Source: Candidatus Latescibacterota bacterium
GTDB lineage: Bacteria > Latescibacterota > UBA2968 > UBA8231
Length of the DNA stretch: 64,000 nt
NCBI GenBank assembly: GCA_965208105.1
Contig: OZ242318.1
Span: 608,001 to 672,000, forward strand
Direction of reading: 5' to 3'
The position numbers and the translations under genes were made by a program. Within the stretch, counting starts at the first letter, position 1, and the number at the start of each line of letters is the position of its first letter. Of the stretch, positions 20,085-29,319 are shown one piece after another. Below the pieces are notes generated by a model. The model had not been told where the DNA came from and made no database searches. It saw only the letters and a program-made list of their open reading frames with translations.

Positions 20085-20471
20085 GTGAAGACCCTGGGGA
20101 AACAACTCCTCGTGGACCTCTACGACTGTGCGCCCGCACTGCTCGACGATGTGGGCTACATCGAGACCAGCATGAAAAAAGCGGCCACCGCTGCCGGGGC
20201 CGCAATCGTGAGCTCGAGCTTCCACCCATTTTCTCCCTGCGGAGTCTCCGGGGTGGTGGCCATTCGGGAGAGCCACCTGGCGATCCACACCTGGCCCGAG
20301 TTCGGATTCGCCGCCGTGGACCTGTTCACCTGCGGCGACGGGGTCGATCCCTGGCGCGCCTATGCAGTCCTGAAGCAGGCCTTTCGCGCCAGCCGCGGGA
20401 CCACGGTGGAAATGCATCGCGGGCAACCCGATATGAAGGAGGGGAACGGGGCGACCCAGGCGCCCCGGTGA
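20085..20471 (+). CDS. speD: S-adenosylmethionine decarboxylase proenzyme
   Basis: GVSGVVAIRESHLAIHTWPE (E-S autocleavage), DLFTCG. Confidence 0.9.
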   Translation: MKTLGKQLLVDLYDCAPALLDDVGYIETSMKKAATAAGAAIVSSSFHPFSPCGVSGVVAIRESHLAIHTWPEFGFAAVDLFTCGDGVDPWRAYAVLKQAFRASRGTTVEMHRGQPDMKEGNGATQAPR

Positions 20472-20553
20472 AACAGGAGGCGGGGAGCCCGGCAAGGTGG
20501 AGTCCCCGCAACATTTCCGGCACCGGCAATCCCCGGCGAGGTGTCCCCGGGAC

Positions 20554-21492
20554 TCACTCCTCACCCGCAAGCAGATTGCTCATGTAGCTGCGGAAGGTCC
20601 GGGCGCGTTCCCTCACAACCAGCTCCAACTGGTGCAGCTCCTGCTGCCTCGCCTTCAATTTTTGAATTTCCAGCTGGGTCCTGTCGGCCCTTATCCCCCG
20701 CAACCACCGTCCGTAGCGCTCCGACTGCGGTTCCCCCGATGCGACCAAAGTCGGGGCGACCGGCTCGCGGACCTCTTCCCCCAGTTGCGAAGTGGTCAAC
20801 AGCATTCTGCCCTCGGCCGCCTGTTGGTCAACGAGGCGAATCTCCCTTCCGAAGGCGTGGACCCGGGCCTGCAGGCGGAGCACCTTCTCCAAACGCAGAA
20901 GGCGTTGGGACGTCCTCCTGGCCTCCGCGCGGAGGCGGTCGGCTATGTCTTTCATGAGCTCGATCTTCTGGAGGATATCGTCGACGCCGTCGTCGGGGCT
21001 TATGTCCATTTCCTCGCTGTAGTGCAGCTGCGACTCGTCCACCTTGTCCCCCAGGTTGGCGCGGGCTTCCTGGTACAGGATCAGCTGCAGGATCATTCCT
21101 TGGTCGGGAGTCTCCCCCAGCTTCTGGATCAGGGCTCCGATCTCCCAGTCGTAGGCCAGGCGCAGGCGCTCGTCCAGGTCCTCCCGCTGGGAGCGCAGCT
21201 CCTCCAGCTCCAGCTCCAGGGCGTTGCGGCGTTCCACCATGTCCGTACAGTGGCACAACACCTGCCGCAGTTCCTCCCCTGCCTCTCCAATTCTCTTGAG
21301 GCTGTCGACCCGGGCGGAGAGACTTTCCTCCTCCCGCAACAGTTGCAGATGCCGGACCTCCAAAGAGTCCTGTCGGACCCTCAACCGCTCTTTCTCCACC
21401 TCCAGAACGCGAATCTCCCCCGGGCCTGCCCAGGCCATGACCGTGAAGGCGGCAAAGGCTGCGGAGAATAAAGGGAAGGCGATTGCGAACAT
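20554..21492 (-). CDS. Exported coiled-coil hypothetical protein
   Basis: Signal peptide; L/E/R/Q-rich helical sequence; 2 bp downstream of the response regulator. Confidence 0.7.
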   Translation of the reverse strand: MFAIAFPLFSAAFAAFTVMAWAGPGEIRVLEVEKERLRVRQDSLEVRHLQLLREEESLSARVDSLKRIGEAGEELRQVLCHCTDMVERRNALELELEELRSQREDLDERLRLAYDWEIGALIQKLGETPDQGMILQLILYQEARANLGDKVDESQLHYSEEMDISPDDGVDDILQKIELMKDIADRLRAEARRTSQRLLRLEKVLRLQARVHAFGREIRLVDQQAAEGRMLLTTSQLGEEVREPVAPTLVASGEPQSERYGRWLRGIRADRTQLEIQKLKARQQELHQLELVVRERARTFRSYMSNLLAGEE

Positions 21493-21494
21493 GT

Positions 21495-22874
21495 CTACTC
21501 CAGGCCGTACTTGTCAAGTTTATAATAAAGGGCGCTGGTCTTTATCCCCAGTATCTCCGCCGCCCGGGTCTTTACCTGCCCGGCCTGGTTCATGGCGCGC
21601 TCGATCAGTTTCCTCTCCATGTCGTCCAGGGCCTTGTTGAGCGGGATTTCACCTGCGGGCAGGTCCCCCAGGTCGCGGTCCTCGCCGTCGGAGAAGGTCA
21701 GGGGAAGGGAATGCAGCCCTACCTCGTCGCCGTCGGCCAGCACAATGGTGCGTTCTATTACATTTTCGAGCTCGCGAACGTTGCCAGGCCACGGGTAGTT
21801 CCTGAGCCCGTCCATGGCTTCCGATGTAAGACGCTTGAGAGGCAGATTCATTTCCCGGCATTTTTTCCCGAGAAAATGCTCCACCAGCGCGGGGATGTCA
21901 TCCTTGCGCTGGCGCAACGGCGGCAGCCGCAGCGGAATGACCTCGAGGCGATAGTACAAATCTTCGCGGAACTGTCTTTTCTCCACCATATCCTTCAGGA
22001 GGCGATTGGTCGCGGCAACGACCCGCACGTCGGCGTGGAGGGTATGCTCCCCGCCGACCCTGTCGAACTCCTTCTCCTGCAGCACCCGGAGCAGCTTGAT
22101 CTGGATATCCAGGGGGATGTCCCCGATTTCATCAAGGAATATAGTGCCTCCCTCGGCAAGTTCAAATTTGCCCTTCTTGCGGCGCACCGCTCCGGTGAAG
22201 GCCCCCCTCTCGTGTCCGAACAACTCGCTTTCTATCAATTCCCGCGGCAGCGCACCGCAGTTGACCTTGACGAATGGACTTCCCTTCCGCGAACTCTGGT
22301 AGTGCAGCGCCCTGGCCACCAACTCCTTGCCGGTCCCGCTCTCGCCGTAGATCAAGACGGAGGAATCCGCCGCCGCCACCTTTTGCACCGCGGCGAGGAC
22401 CTGCTGCATGCCCCGCGACCGCCCCACGATCTCCCCGAAGTTGTATCGCCCGCTGATCTCGGCGCGCAGGTAACGGTTCTCCTCGTCCAGGCGCTCGCGT
22501 TCCCTGCGCGCAGCCCGGTGCTCCAGCACCTTGTCGACCTTCAGGCGCAGGGCTTCGGGCGGAAAGGGCTTGGTGATGAAATCGGCCGCGCCCATCTGCA
22601 TGGCTTGCACCGCGATTTCGATGGTGCCATGGGCGGTCATGATCATCACGTCGGTGTCGGCGTACCTGGTCCGCACCGCCTCCAGCACCTGCAGACCATC
22701 CATTTCGTCCATCCGGTAGTCCGTGATCACCAGGTCGAAGGGACGCTTCCTCAACAGCCCCATACCCTCCGGTCCGGACCTGGCCGCCACCCCCTGGTGC
22801 CCCATGCGCTCCAGCATCAGAACCATGCCGCTGCCGAGGGTCTCGTTGTCGTCCACGATCAGAATCCGGCTCAT
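21495..22874 (-). CDS. Sigma54-dependent response regulator (NtrC/AtoC family)
   Basis: ILIVDD receiver, GESGTGKE, GAFTGA, FLDEIGD, WPGNVRELEN, Fis HTH. Confidence 0.96.
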   Translation of the reverse strand: MSRILIVDDNETLGSGMVLMLERMGHQGVAARSGPEGMGLLRKRPFDLVITDYRMDEMDGLQVLEAVRTRYADTDVMIMTAHGTIEIAVQAMQMGAADFITKPFPPEALRLKVDKVLEHRAARRERERLDEENRYLRAEISGRYNFGEIVGRSRGMQQVLAAVQKVAAADSSVLIYGESGTGKELVARALHYQSSRKGSPFVKVNCGALPRELIESELFGHERGAFTGAVRRKKGKFELAEGGTIFLDEIGDIPLDIQIKLLRVLQEKEFDRVGGEHTLHADVRVVAATNRLLKDMVEKRQFREDLYYRLEVIPLRLPPLRQRKDDIPALVEHFLGKKCREMNLPLKRLTSEAMDGLRNYPWPGNVRELENVIERTIVLADGDEVGLHSLPLTFSDGEDRDLGDLPAGEIPLNKALDDMERKLIERAMNQAGQVKTRAAEILGIKTSALYYKLDKYGLE

Positions 22875-22878
22875 CGTC

Positions 22879-24372
22879 CTAGTGTCTCTCCGCGCTCGAA
22901 TCCTCGCTCCCCGGCAGGATGACCCTGCAGGTGGTTCCCCGCCCGACCGCACTTTCCACCTCGATCCTGCCGCGGTTTTCCTCCAGGGTCTGACGCACGA
23001 TGGCCATGCCCAGGCCCGATCCTTTCTCCCTGGTGGTGTGAAAGGGCTCGAAGATGCGGTCCCGCAGCTCCGGGCTCATTCCCACTCCCGTATCCATGAC
23101 TTCCACCGCCACATCCCCCCTGACCTGGACGGCCTTCACCCGCAATTCACCACCCTGCCGCATGGCCTGCACCGAATTCTGCATCAGGTTGAACAGCGTG
23201 CGCCTTATCTGCGCCGGATCGACGAAGGCCTGCAGATGCGGCGCTATCTCCTGGCGGTACTCTATCCCCGCCTTTTCCATCTCGGGCTTGAGTAAAAAAG
23301 CCGCCTCCTCGGCCAGGTGGGACACGGAGGTGAACTCACGGCAGGGCGGCGCCGGCCGGGCGAACTCGAGGAACTCGGAGATCACCCCATCGAGCTTTCT
23401 GACCTCGCCGATGACCTTCTGAATATGCTGCTTGCGTCCGTCCTCAGCGGGCAGATCGCCCGCGATGAGGCCGGCGTACAGTTCGATTCCACCGAGGGGA
23501 TTGCGAATCTCGTGGGCGACCCCGGCAAGCATCTGGCGAAGCTGCGCGTCTCGCGCCAGGAGTTTGAGCCGCATCTCTTCCATGCTCTCCCCCAGGTATC
23601 CCAATTCGTCCCGCGCCGAAGTGTCCACCACCCGCCCCAGGTTGCCGCGGCCTATGTCCCGCGCCGCCGCCACCAGGCGCTGAATGGGCCGGGTAATGGT
23701 TCGCGCCAGCCCCAGGCCCACGATCACGGTGAGCAGGGCGCCGACGCTGGCGAAGATGTAGACCGAACGTTTGAACACGCGGATTGTATCCACAAAACCG
23801 GCGCCGATATCGACACCCACCCCGGCTGCCACCTCGCCTCCTGAAAAAACGGGAGCGTACCCGGTCATATAGTAGGTCCCCTCGTCGTCCTGAAACAGCA
23901 CGGAGTGCGCCGGCGTCCCCTGCCAGACCTGGTCCAGCTCGAGGCGGTCGCGAATTCTGAGGTGAGGGTACTCCCTCCCGATGGGGGTATCTCCCTGGGT
24001 ATCCAGGAGGCTGCGTCCACGCCGGTCGAAAGCATAGATGCGCCGGGCTCCCATCATCTCCTGTTTGCGCTGCAGCTGGGCGGTGAGCATGCTGTAGACG
24101 CGGGAGTCCTCGTAGCCGGGTTGCAGCCGCTCAAGGACATCGCTGTGCAGGCCGGCTGAAACCAGCCGGGCCGTGGCCACCAGATGTTCGCTCATCTGCC
24201 GTTCCAGGCTGCGCTGGATCAGGGCGAAGAGCACCCATCCCGAGCTGCCCATTACCGCCATGACCAGCAGGACGAAGGACAGGACCAGTTTGTGTCCTAT
24301 CCTTCCCCTGCGTCGCACTGGACCTTCTCTGTGTTCTGCCACCTGCCTCCTGCCCGAATTCGGTTCCTCCAT
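22879..24372 (-). CDS. Sensor histidine kinase (2 TM, HAMP)
   Basis: Two TM segments, HAMP, AHEIRNPL, N box, DTGVG, GSGLG. Confidence 0.95.
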   Translation of the reverse strand: MEEPNSGRRQVAEHREGPVRRRGRIGHKLVLSFVLLVMAVMGSSGWVLFALIQRSLERQMSEHLVATARLVSAGLHSDVLERLQPGYEDSRVYSMLTAQLQRKQEMMGARRIYAFDRRGRSLLDTQGDTPIGREYPHLRIRDRLELDQVWQGTPAHSVLFQDDEGTYYMTGYAPVFSGGEVAAGVGVDIGAGFVDTIRVFKRSVYIFASVGALLTVIVGLGLARTITRPIQRLVAAARDIGRGNLGRVVDTSARDELGYLGESMEEMRLKLLARDAQLRQMLAGVAHEIRNPLGGIELYAGLIAGDLPAEDGRKQHIQKVIGEVRKLDGVISEFLEFARPAPPCREFTSVSHLAEEAAFLLKPEMEKAGIEYRQEIAPHLQAFVDPAQIRRTLFNLMQNSVQAMRQGGELRVKAVQVRGDVAVEVMDTGVGMSPELRDRIFEPFHTTREKGSGLGMAIVRQTLEENRGRIEVESAVGRGTTCRVILPGSEDSSAERH

Positions 24373-24455
24373 GCCCTCCGCCGGCGCTAATCTACCTGCT
24401 GCCCTCAGCCAGGACAAGATGCGAGCCAGTCAGTCTTCCACCTGCCGCACGGGAC

Positions 24456-25388
24456 CTATCCGCCAGGGACGGCCGGTGGCCTGTCCTCCAGTTCCCAGGA
24501 GCGAAAGTAGGCTCGCATGCGGCCTGCGAAATCCGCCGGGCGTTCGGCGTAGATCCGCTGCCCGAGGAGTCGCGCAGAGTCCTGCAAGTGCTGCTGCCAG
24601 GCGGCGATTCGCCGGCCCATGGCGGCCACTGTGGAGGGCGCCCTTGAACGCGGGAATTCATCCTTCACCTTGTGGAGCAGCACCGCCAGGTCGTGATCTT
24701 CGCCCAGCACCTCTCCCAATCGATCCAGCTCTCCTGCCAGCGCGGCCATCATCGGCGGCCAGCCGGGGCGCAGCAGTTGGGCATGGTAGCCCAGGTACTT
24801 CACCCGCTTGCGCCAGTTGTGGAACTCCTCGGCCTCCGGATGGCGATAGGCGCTGCCGAACTCGCGGCGGCCGCGGGCGTATATCCGTCTCATGCCCGCT
24901 GCCACCAGGGTCCAATCTCTCCCCTCCAGGGGCCATGTCGCCACCCGGTCACGCGCACGTTGCAACTCCTCGCGGACCTCCTCCACCGCATCCCCGTACT
25001 CTTCCGCCAGGCGGTAAGCGGACTCGCGCTCCTCGAGCAGCCAATGGCGTATGGGCCCGAACCTGCTTCGGGGGACCTTTTTGCCGCTGAAAACAATTAT
25101 TTTGTCGAGGGTCTCCAGGCGCACGGCAGCATCGCGCAGGCCTGCGAGCCGTGCGCCGGCGGTGCGGAAACAGTCGTTCTCGCGCCTGTAGACGCGGTCC
25201 CCCAGTTCAAAGCGCACTAGGCGGACCAGGCCCCGCAGCCGCTTCATGGACTTTCGGGCTTCGTGAATGTGGGCTTCGCGGCTTCCTTCCCCCATTTCCA
25301 GATGTCCGAGGGCTTTGGCGATCTGCTCCACCGCAATGCGCCGCGCTCCAGCGGGAATGGTTTCGCCGTGCTTCCAGCGGTATGCCAT
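24456..25388 (-). CDS. CHAD domain protein (polyphosphate-binding family)
   Basis: IHEARKSMKRLR, RDAAV, FHNWRKRVKYLGY, LGEDHDL. Confidence 0.9.
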   Translation of the reverse strand: MAYRWKHGETIPAGARRIAVEQIAKALGHLEMGEGSREAHIHEARKSMKRLRGLVRLVRFELGDRVYRRENDCFRTAGARLAGLRDAAVRLETLDKIIVFSGKKVPRSRFGPIRHWLLEERESAYRLAEEYGDAVEEVREELQRARDRVATWPLEGRDWTLVAAGMRRIYARGRREFGSAYRHPEAEEFHNWRKRVKYLGYHAQLLRPGWPPMMAALAGELDRLGEVLGEDHDLAVLLHKVKDEFPRSRAPSTVAAMGRRIAAWQQHLQDSARLLGQRIYAERPADFAGRMRAYFRSWELEDRPPAVPGG

Positions 25389-25488
25389 GCCGTCAGTCCT
25401 TATTGCGGGAGAGATGCCCGATTGCCGGGGACAGCCCGATCAGGACGAACCGGCCTGCCATTGCAGCCACTGGGTAGGGCCCCTTCCC

Positions 25489-26328
25489 TCAAGACCCCGG
25501 TGGCGGGGGTATGGAATCCTCCCGGGGACGGAGGGAATGGTTCCAATGTCCGCTCTCATCCCTGCCCCGGCAGACGACCGAACTCTTCCGGTTCCAGCCA
25601 TTGTAGGCACGCACCTCCGGAGGCGCGAAGCGCAGGGTCAGCCCGCAGCGCCGGCGCCGCGACAGGTTGGGGGGCGAGCCGTGCAGGAGAAGATCGGTGT
25701 GCAGCGAGATCTGACCGGCATCCATCTCGAAGGCCACCGGCGGATCGCCGAATGGGGCGACATCCCGCACCGTCTGGCTGAGGACGTTGTCCTCCTCGGC
25801 GGCGCTGGCCTCGAAGGGAATCTGGCCGTGAAGGTGGGAACGGGGGACCACCTGCATGGCGCCGTTCCTCTCGTCGACGGGGTCGATGGCCAGCCACACC
25901 GTCACCGTCCTGCTCGGTGTCAAAGGCCAGTAGGATGCATCCTGGTGCCACGACACCTGCTTGCCGTCTCCGGCCATCTTGCAGAAATAGTGGGTCCCCC
26001 AGCAAACGAGGTCCTCGCCCAGAAGATCCTCCACGTAATCGAGGATGCGAGCTTCGGTAACCAGGTCGTGGATGCCCCCGCAGTATTTCTGCCAGCCGTT
26101 GATCGAGTAGCTGTTGTAGCCCATGGCCGCGGCCTTTTCCATGAGCCGGTCGAAGTAGGCGCGGTGGTGGTCGGCTTCCCCGGAGCTGAAGACGTCAAGG
26201 GGGAACAGGAATCCTTGTTCGTTGAAGTGGCGGATCTGCTCAGTCGTGAGTTTGCGGGGGGCCCGGTTGTCCACCGGGAAGAATCTCAGCTCTCGCTCCA
26301 GATGCGGATGGGCGTCCGTAAAGGACAT
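25489..26328 (-). CDS. Phytanoyl-CoA dioxygenase family protein (canonical HxD)
   Basis: WHQDASYW, TVWLAID, NGAMQVVPRSH, LHGSPPN..RRCG. Confidence 0.92.
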   Translation of the reverse strand: MSFTDAHPHLERELRFFPVDNRAPRKLTTEQIRHFNEQGFLFPLDVFSSGEADHHRAYFDRLMEKAAAMGYNSYSINGWQKYCGGIHDLVTEARILDYVEDLLGEDLVCWGTHYFCKMAGDGKQVSWHQDASYWPLTPSRTVTVWLAIDPVDERNGAMQVVPRSHLHGQIPFEASAAEEDNVLSQTVRDVAPFGDPPVAFEMDAGQISLHTDLLLHGSPPNLSRRRRCGLTLRFAPPEVRAYNGWNRKSSVVCRGRDESGHWNHSLRPREDSIPPPPGS

Positions 26329-26452
26329 TGGTCACCTCGGAAACCTCTCGGCTCGGTCAAGTTCCGGAAACCTGGTGGGAAATAGAATATAGATGTTCCC
26401 AATTACCCGTGCCAGCGGCTCCAAAGAGACCCGGTTCCCCCGTAACCCGCAC

Positions 26453-26480
26453 TTGTCCCCGGGGGACAAATAGCTATCTT
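26453..26480 (+). promoter_or_regulatory. Palindromic operator overlapping a putative promoter
   Basis: TTGTCCCC-G-GGGGACAA (26453..26469); TTGTCC-N16-TATCTT. Confidence 0.5.
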
Positions 26481-26559
26481 TCACCAGCCCGCCGCGGAGG
26501 AGTGATGCAGAGGCTCCTCCGCTCTCTACAACGCCTCGACCCAGGGGACAGGAGCAGCC

Positions 26560-27339
26560 ATGTTCGACGCCCTCCTCAGCTTTCGCCGGCGTCTCGCCGC
26601 AGGCGAAATTCTCATAGGATCAGGGGTTACCCTCGCCGACCCCCTGGTCAGCGAAGCCCTGGCCGACTCGGTGGACTATCTCTGGATCGACCTCGAACAC
26701 ATGGCGTTGAGCCCCGAGTCCCTGCGCGCCCACCTGCTGGCTGCCCGCAGCAAAAGCACCCCGGCCCTGGTTCGCGTGGCCGGGGGAGGCAGCGCCGCGG
26801 TCAAGCCCGTACTCGATGCCGGGGCCCACGGGATCGTTGTGCCGCAGGTGCGCAGCGTCGACGAGGTCCGCCAACTCGTGTCCGATTGCCGCTATCCACC
26901 CGTGGGATCCCGCGGCATGGGCGCCCACATCCCCACCAATTACGGCCGCTCCGGGGGTCCCCCCTACGTCGAGCGCGCCAACGCCAATATTCTTGCCTGC
27001 GTGATGATCGAGACGGCCGAGGCCCTGGAAGCCATCGACGGCATCGTCGCCGTTCCCGGCCTGGACGTTCTCATCATCGGCCCCTGGGACCTGTCCGGCG
27101 CCCTCGGAGTTCTGGGCGATGTGGAACATCCTCGAGTGGTCGCGGCCATGAAGAAGGTCGTTGCCAAAGCCCGGGGCGCGGGTCTATTCGTCGGCTCCGG
27201 AATGCCGGTGGATCCCGATTTCGCCTGCGCCCAGGCGAGGCGCGGCGTGCAGATGCTGCAGATCGGCGGCGATTGCGGATATCTGGTCAGGTGCGCCGAG
27301 CAGATATCCTCCTCGGTGCGCGGAGGGATCGAATCCTGA
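26560..27339 (+). CDS. HpcH/HpaI family aldolase
   Basis: WIDLEH, LDAGAHGIVVP, YPPVGSRG, MIET, IGPWDLS. Confidence 0.92.
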   Translation: MFDALLSFRRRLAAGEILIGSGVTLADPLVSEALADSVDYLWIDLEHMALSPESLRAHLLAARSKSTPALVRVAGGGSAAVKPVLDAGAHGIVVPQVRSVDEVRQLVSDCRYPPVGSRGMGAHIPTNYGRSGGPPYVERANANILACVMIETAEALEAIDGIVAVPGLDVLIIGPWDLSGALGVLGDVEHPRVVAAMKKVVAKARGAGLFVGSGMPVDPDFACAQARRGVQMLQIGGDCGYLVRCAEQISSSVRGGIES

Positions 27340-27360
27340 CCACCCCGGGAGGAGCATGAC

Positions 27361-28407
27361 ATGACCATAAGGACAGCCGTAATCGGCGCCGGACTGATGG
27401 GCAGGTCCCATATCGAGTCCCTCGCCAAGGTGCCCAGGGTGAAGGTGGTCGCCGTGGTCGATCCCCACGAGCCCGGATTGCAGGCCGCCGTCGCCGACTT
27501 CAAGGTGCCCGCAGGCTACGCGGACGCAAGGACCATGCTCGAGAAGGAGAAGCCCGACTACGTGGTGGTGGCGTCACCGGCCCTCTATCACGCCGAGCAC
27601 AGCATCGCCGCCTTCGAGTCCGGCGCTCATGTTCTGTGCGAGAAACCTCTTTGCATGAGCACGGCAGAAGCCGAGGCCATCATCGCCGCTGCCAAAAGAA
27701 CGGGCCGCTTGTTCACCATGGGGCTGCAGTTCCGTCAGCTGCGCACCTTCCAGGCTCTCAAGGAGTTCATCGGCTCCGGAAAGCTCGGCCAGGTGTACCA
27801 CACCCGGGTCTGGGCGGGCCACGTAATGGCCTATCCATGGGGACGCTTCTTCCACCGCAGGGAGTACTCCCTTGGAGGCGTCGTAGCCTCCACCACGGTG
27901 CACCTGCTGGACCTGGCCATGTGGATGATCGGCGCTCCTGAGCCCCTCACAGTGAGCGCCTCCACCTTTCGCCGCATCGACAAGATGCCCGACCCTCCGG
28001 TTCACTTCGAAGGCGAAGTAGGCGAGGTCACGGTGGAGGACTTCGGGCACGCCCACGTCCGCTTCGTGGACGGGTCGTCCATGTCCGTCGAGGGCAACTG
28101 GCTGACCCATCCGCGCTCGAGGCCGGGAGGATTCGAGATCAACGGGATCCTCGGCGTCGTCACCAGCGCGGAGAATACATTTGAAATTGAGCTGGAGGAC
28201 CACGACAAGATCGTCCCCTTCGACCTGGACGTCGAGCACGATCCCACCACGCACGGAGACCGCACCGTGACCCAGCACGAGGTCTTCGTCGATGCCATCC
28301 AGGGCAAAGGCGAACCCATTGTCCGCTTCAGGGAAGCGCTTGCGGTCCAGCGGATTGTATCCGGATTCTACCAGTCGGCGGATGAGGGAGCTGAAGTAAG
28401 GGTGTGA
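27361..28407 (+). CDS. Gfo/Idh/MocA family oxidoreductase
   Basis: IGAGLMG, HVLCEKP, VHLLD, VEDFG. Confidence 0.92.
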   Translation: MTIRTAVIGAGLMGRSHIESLAKVPRVKVVAVVDPHEPGLQAAVADFKVPAGYADARTMLEKEKPDYVVVASPALYHAEHSIAAFESGAHVLCEKPLCMSTAEAEAIIAAAKRTGRLFTMGLQFRQLRTFQALKEFIGSGKLGQVYHTRVWAGHVMAYPWGRFFHRREYSLGGVVASTTVHLLDLAMWMIGAPEPLTVSASTFRRIDKMPDPPVHFEGEVGEVTVEDFGHAHVRFVDGSSMSVEGNWLTHPRSRPGGFEINGILGVVTSAENTFEIELEDHDKIVPFDLDVEHDPTTHGDRTVTQHEVFVDAIQGKGEPIVRFREALAVQRIVSGFYQSADEGAEVRV

Positions 28408-28446
28408 ATCCCGCCCAAATCGAGCAAAGGAAGAAGGAACTCCATC

Positions 28447-29319
28447 ATGGCACTTCTGAATACGGATACACAGGTCTCCGCCTTCATAGGCACTTTCGGC
28501 AGCGGCCTGGATCACCCCGAATGCATCTGCTGCGGCTGTGACGGCTTCGCCTATGCCGGAGGCGAGGCAGGACAGATCTACCGGATCGATCTCGACAGGA
28601 GGGATTTCGTAGAAATCGCCAATGTCGGCGGCGGCTTCGTGGGGGGGATCGCCCAGGATGGCCGGCGCAACCTCTACGCCTGCAGCGGGGACGTCAAGCG
28701 CATCAGCGCCGACGGGACGGTGAGCCTCTACTTCGACGGCACCGGCCAGGATCCTCTGAGCGTGGCCAACTACCCCGTTTTCGACCGCCACGGCAACCTT
28801 TACGTGTCCCACTCCGGGGGCTGGAAAGAGGACAACGGCTGCATCTTCAAGATCGCGCCCGGGGGGCGGGAGGGCGAGGTCTGGTGCCGCAGCCTGTCAC
28901 ACTTTCCCAACGGGCTGGCCCTGGACGCCGCCGGCGGCCACCTCTACGTCGCCATGAGTCTCAATCCCCCGCGCGTCGACCGCGTCGAAATCAGGGATGA
29001 CGGCAGCGCCGGTGCGGTGCAGACCCTGGTTCACCTGCCGCGCACCGTGCCCGACGGGTTGGCCTTCGACGCCGAGGGCAACCTCTACATCTCCTGCTAC
29101 CGGCCCGACATAATCTACCGCCTCACTCCCCGCGGCCGGCTCGACGTCGTCGCCGAGGATTGCGAGGGGACGGCCATCGCCGCTCCCACCAACATCGCCT
29201 TCTGCGGCCGCAACCGCGATCTGTTTCTCAGCGCCAATCTGGGCCGCTGGCACATCAGCCGCTACGATCTGGGAAAGACGGGAATGCCCTTGAACTTCCC
29301 CGATCTTGGCAGCGCTTGA
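28447..29319 (+). CDS. SMP-30/gluconolactonase family protein
   Basis: LDHPE, FPNGLA, PDGLAFDAEGNLY, PTNIAF. Confidence 0.9.
   Translation: MALLNTDTQVSAFIGTFGSGLDHPECICCGCDGFAYAGGEAGQIYRIDLDRRDFVEIANVGGGFVGGIAQDGRRNLYACSGDVKRISADGTVSLYFDGTGQDPLSVANYPVFDRHGNLYVSHSGGWKEDNGCIFKIAPGGREGEVWCRSLSHFPNGLALDAAGGHLYVAMSLNPPRVDRVEIRDDGSAGAVQTLVHLPRTVPDGLAFDAEGNLYISCYRPDIIYRLTPRGRLDVVAEDCEGTAIAAPTNIAFCGRNRDLFLSANLGRWHISRYDLGKTGMPLNFPDLGSA

Noticed and set aside
22879-22890. CTAGTGTC at the kinase stop, matching the type 1 TIR start
   Set aside because: Only 8 bp match, lies within coding sequence, no core or partner end
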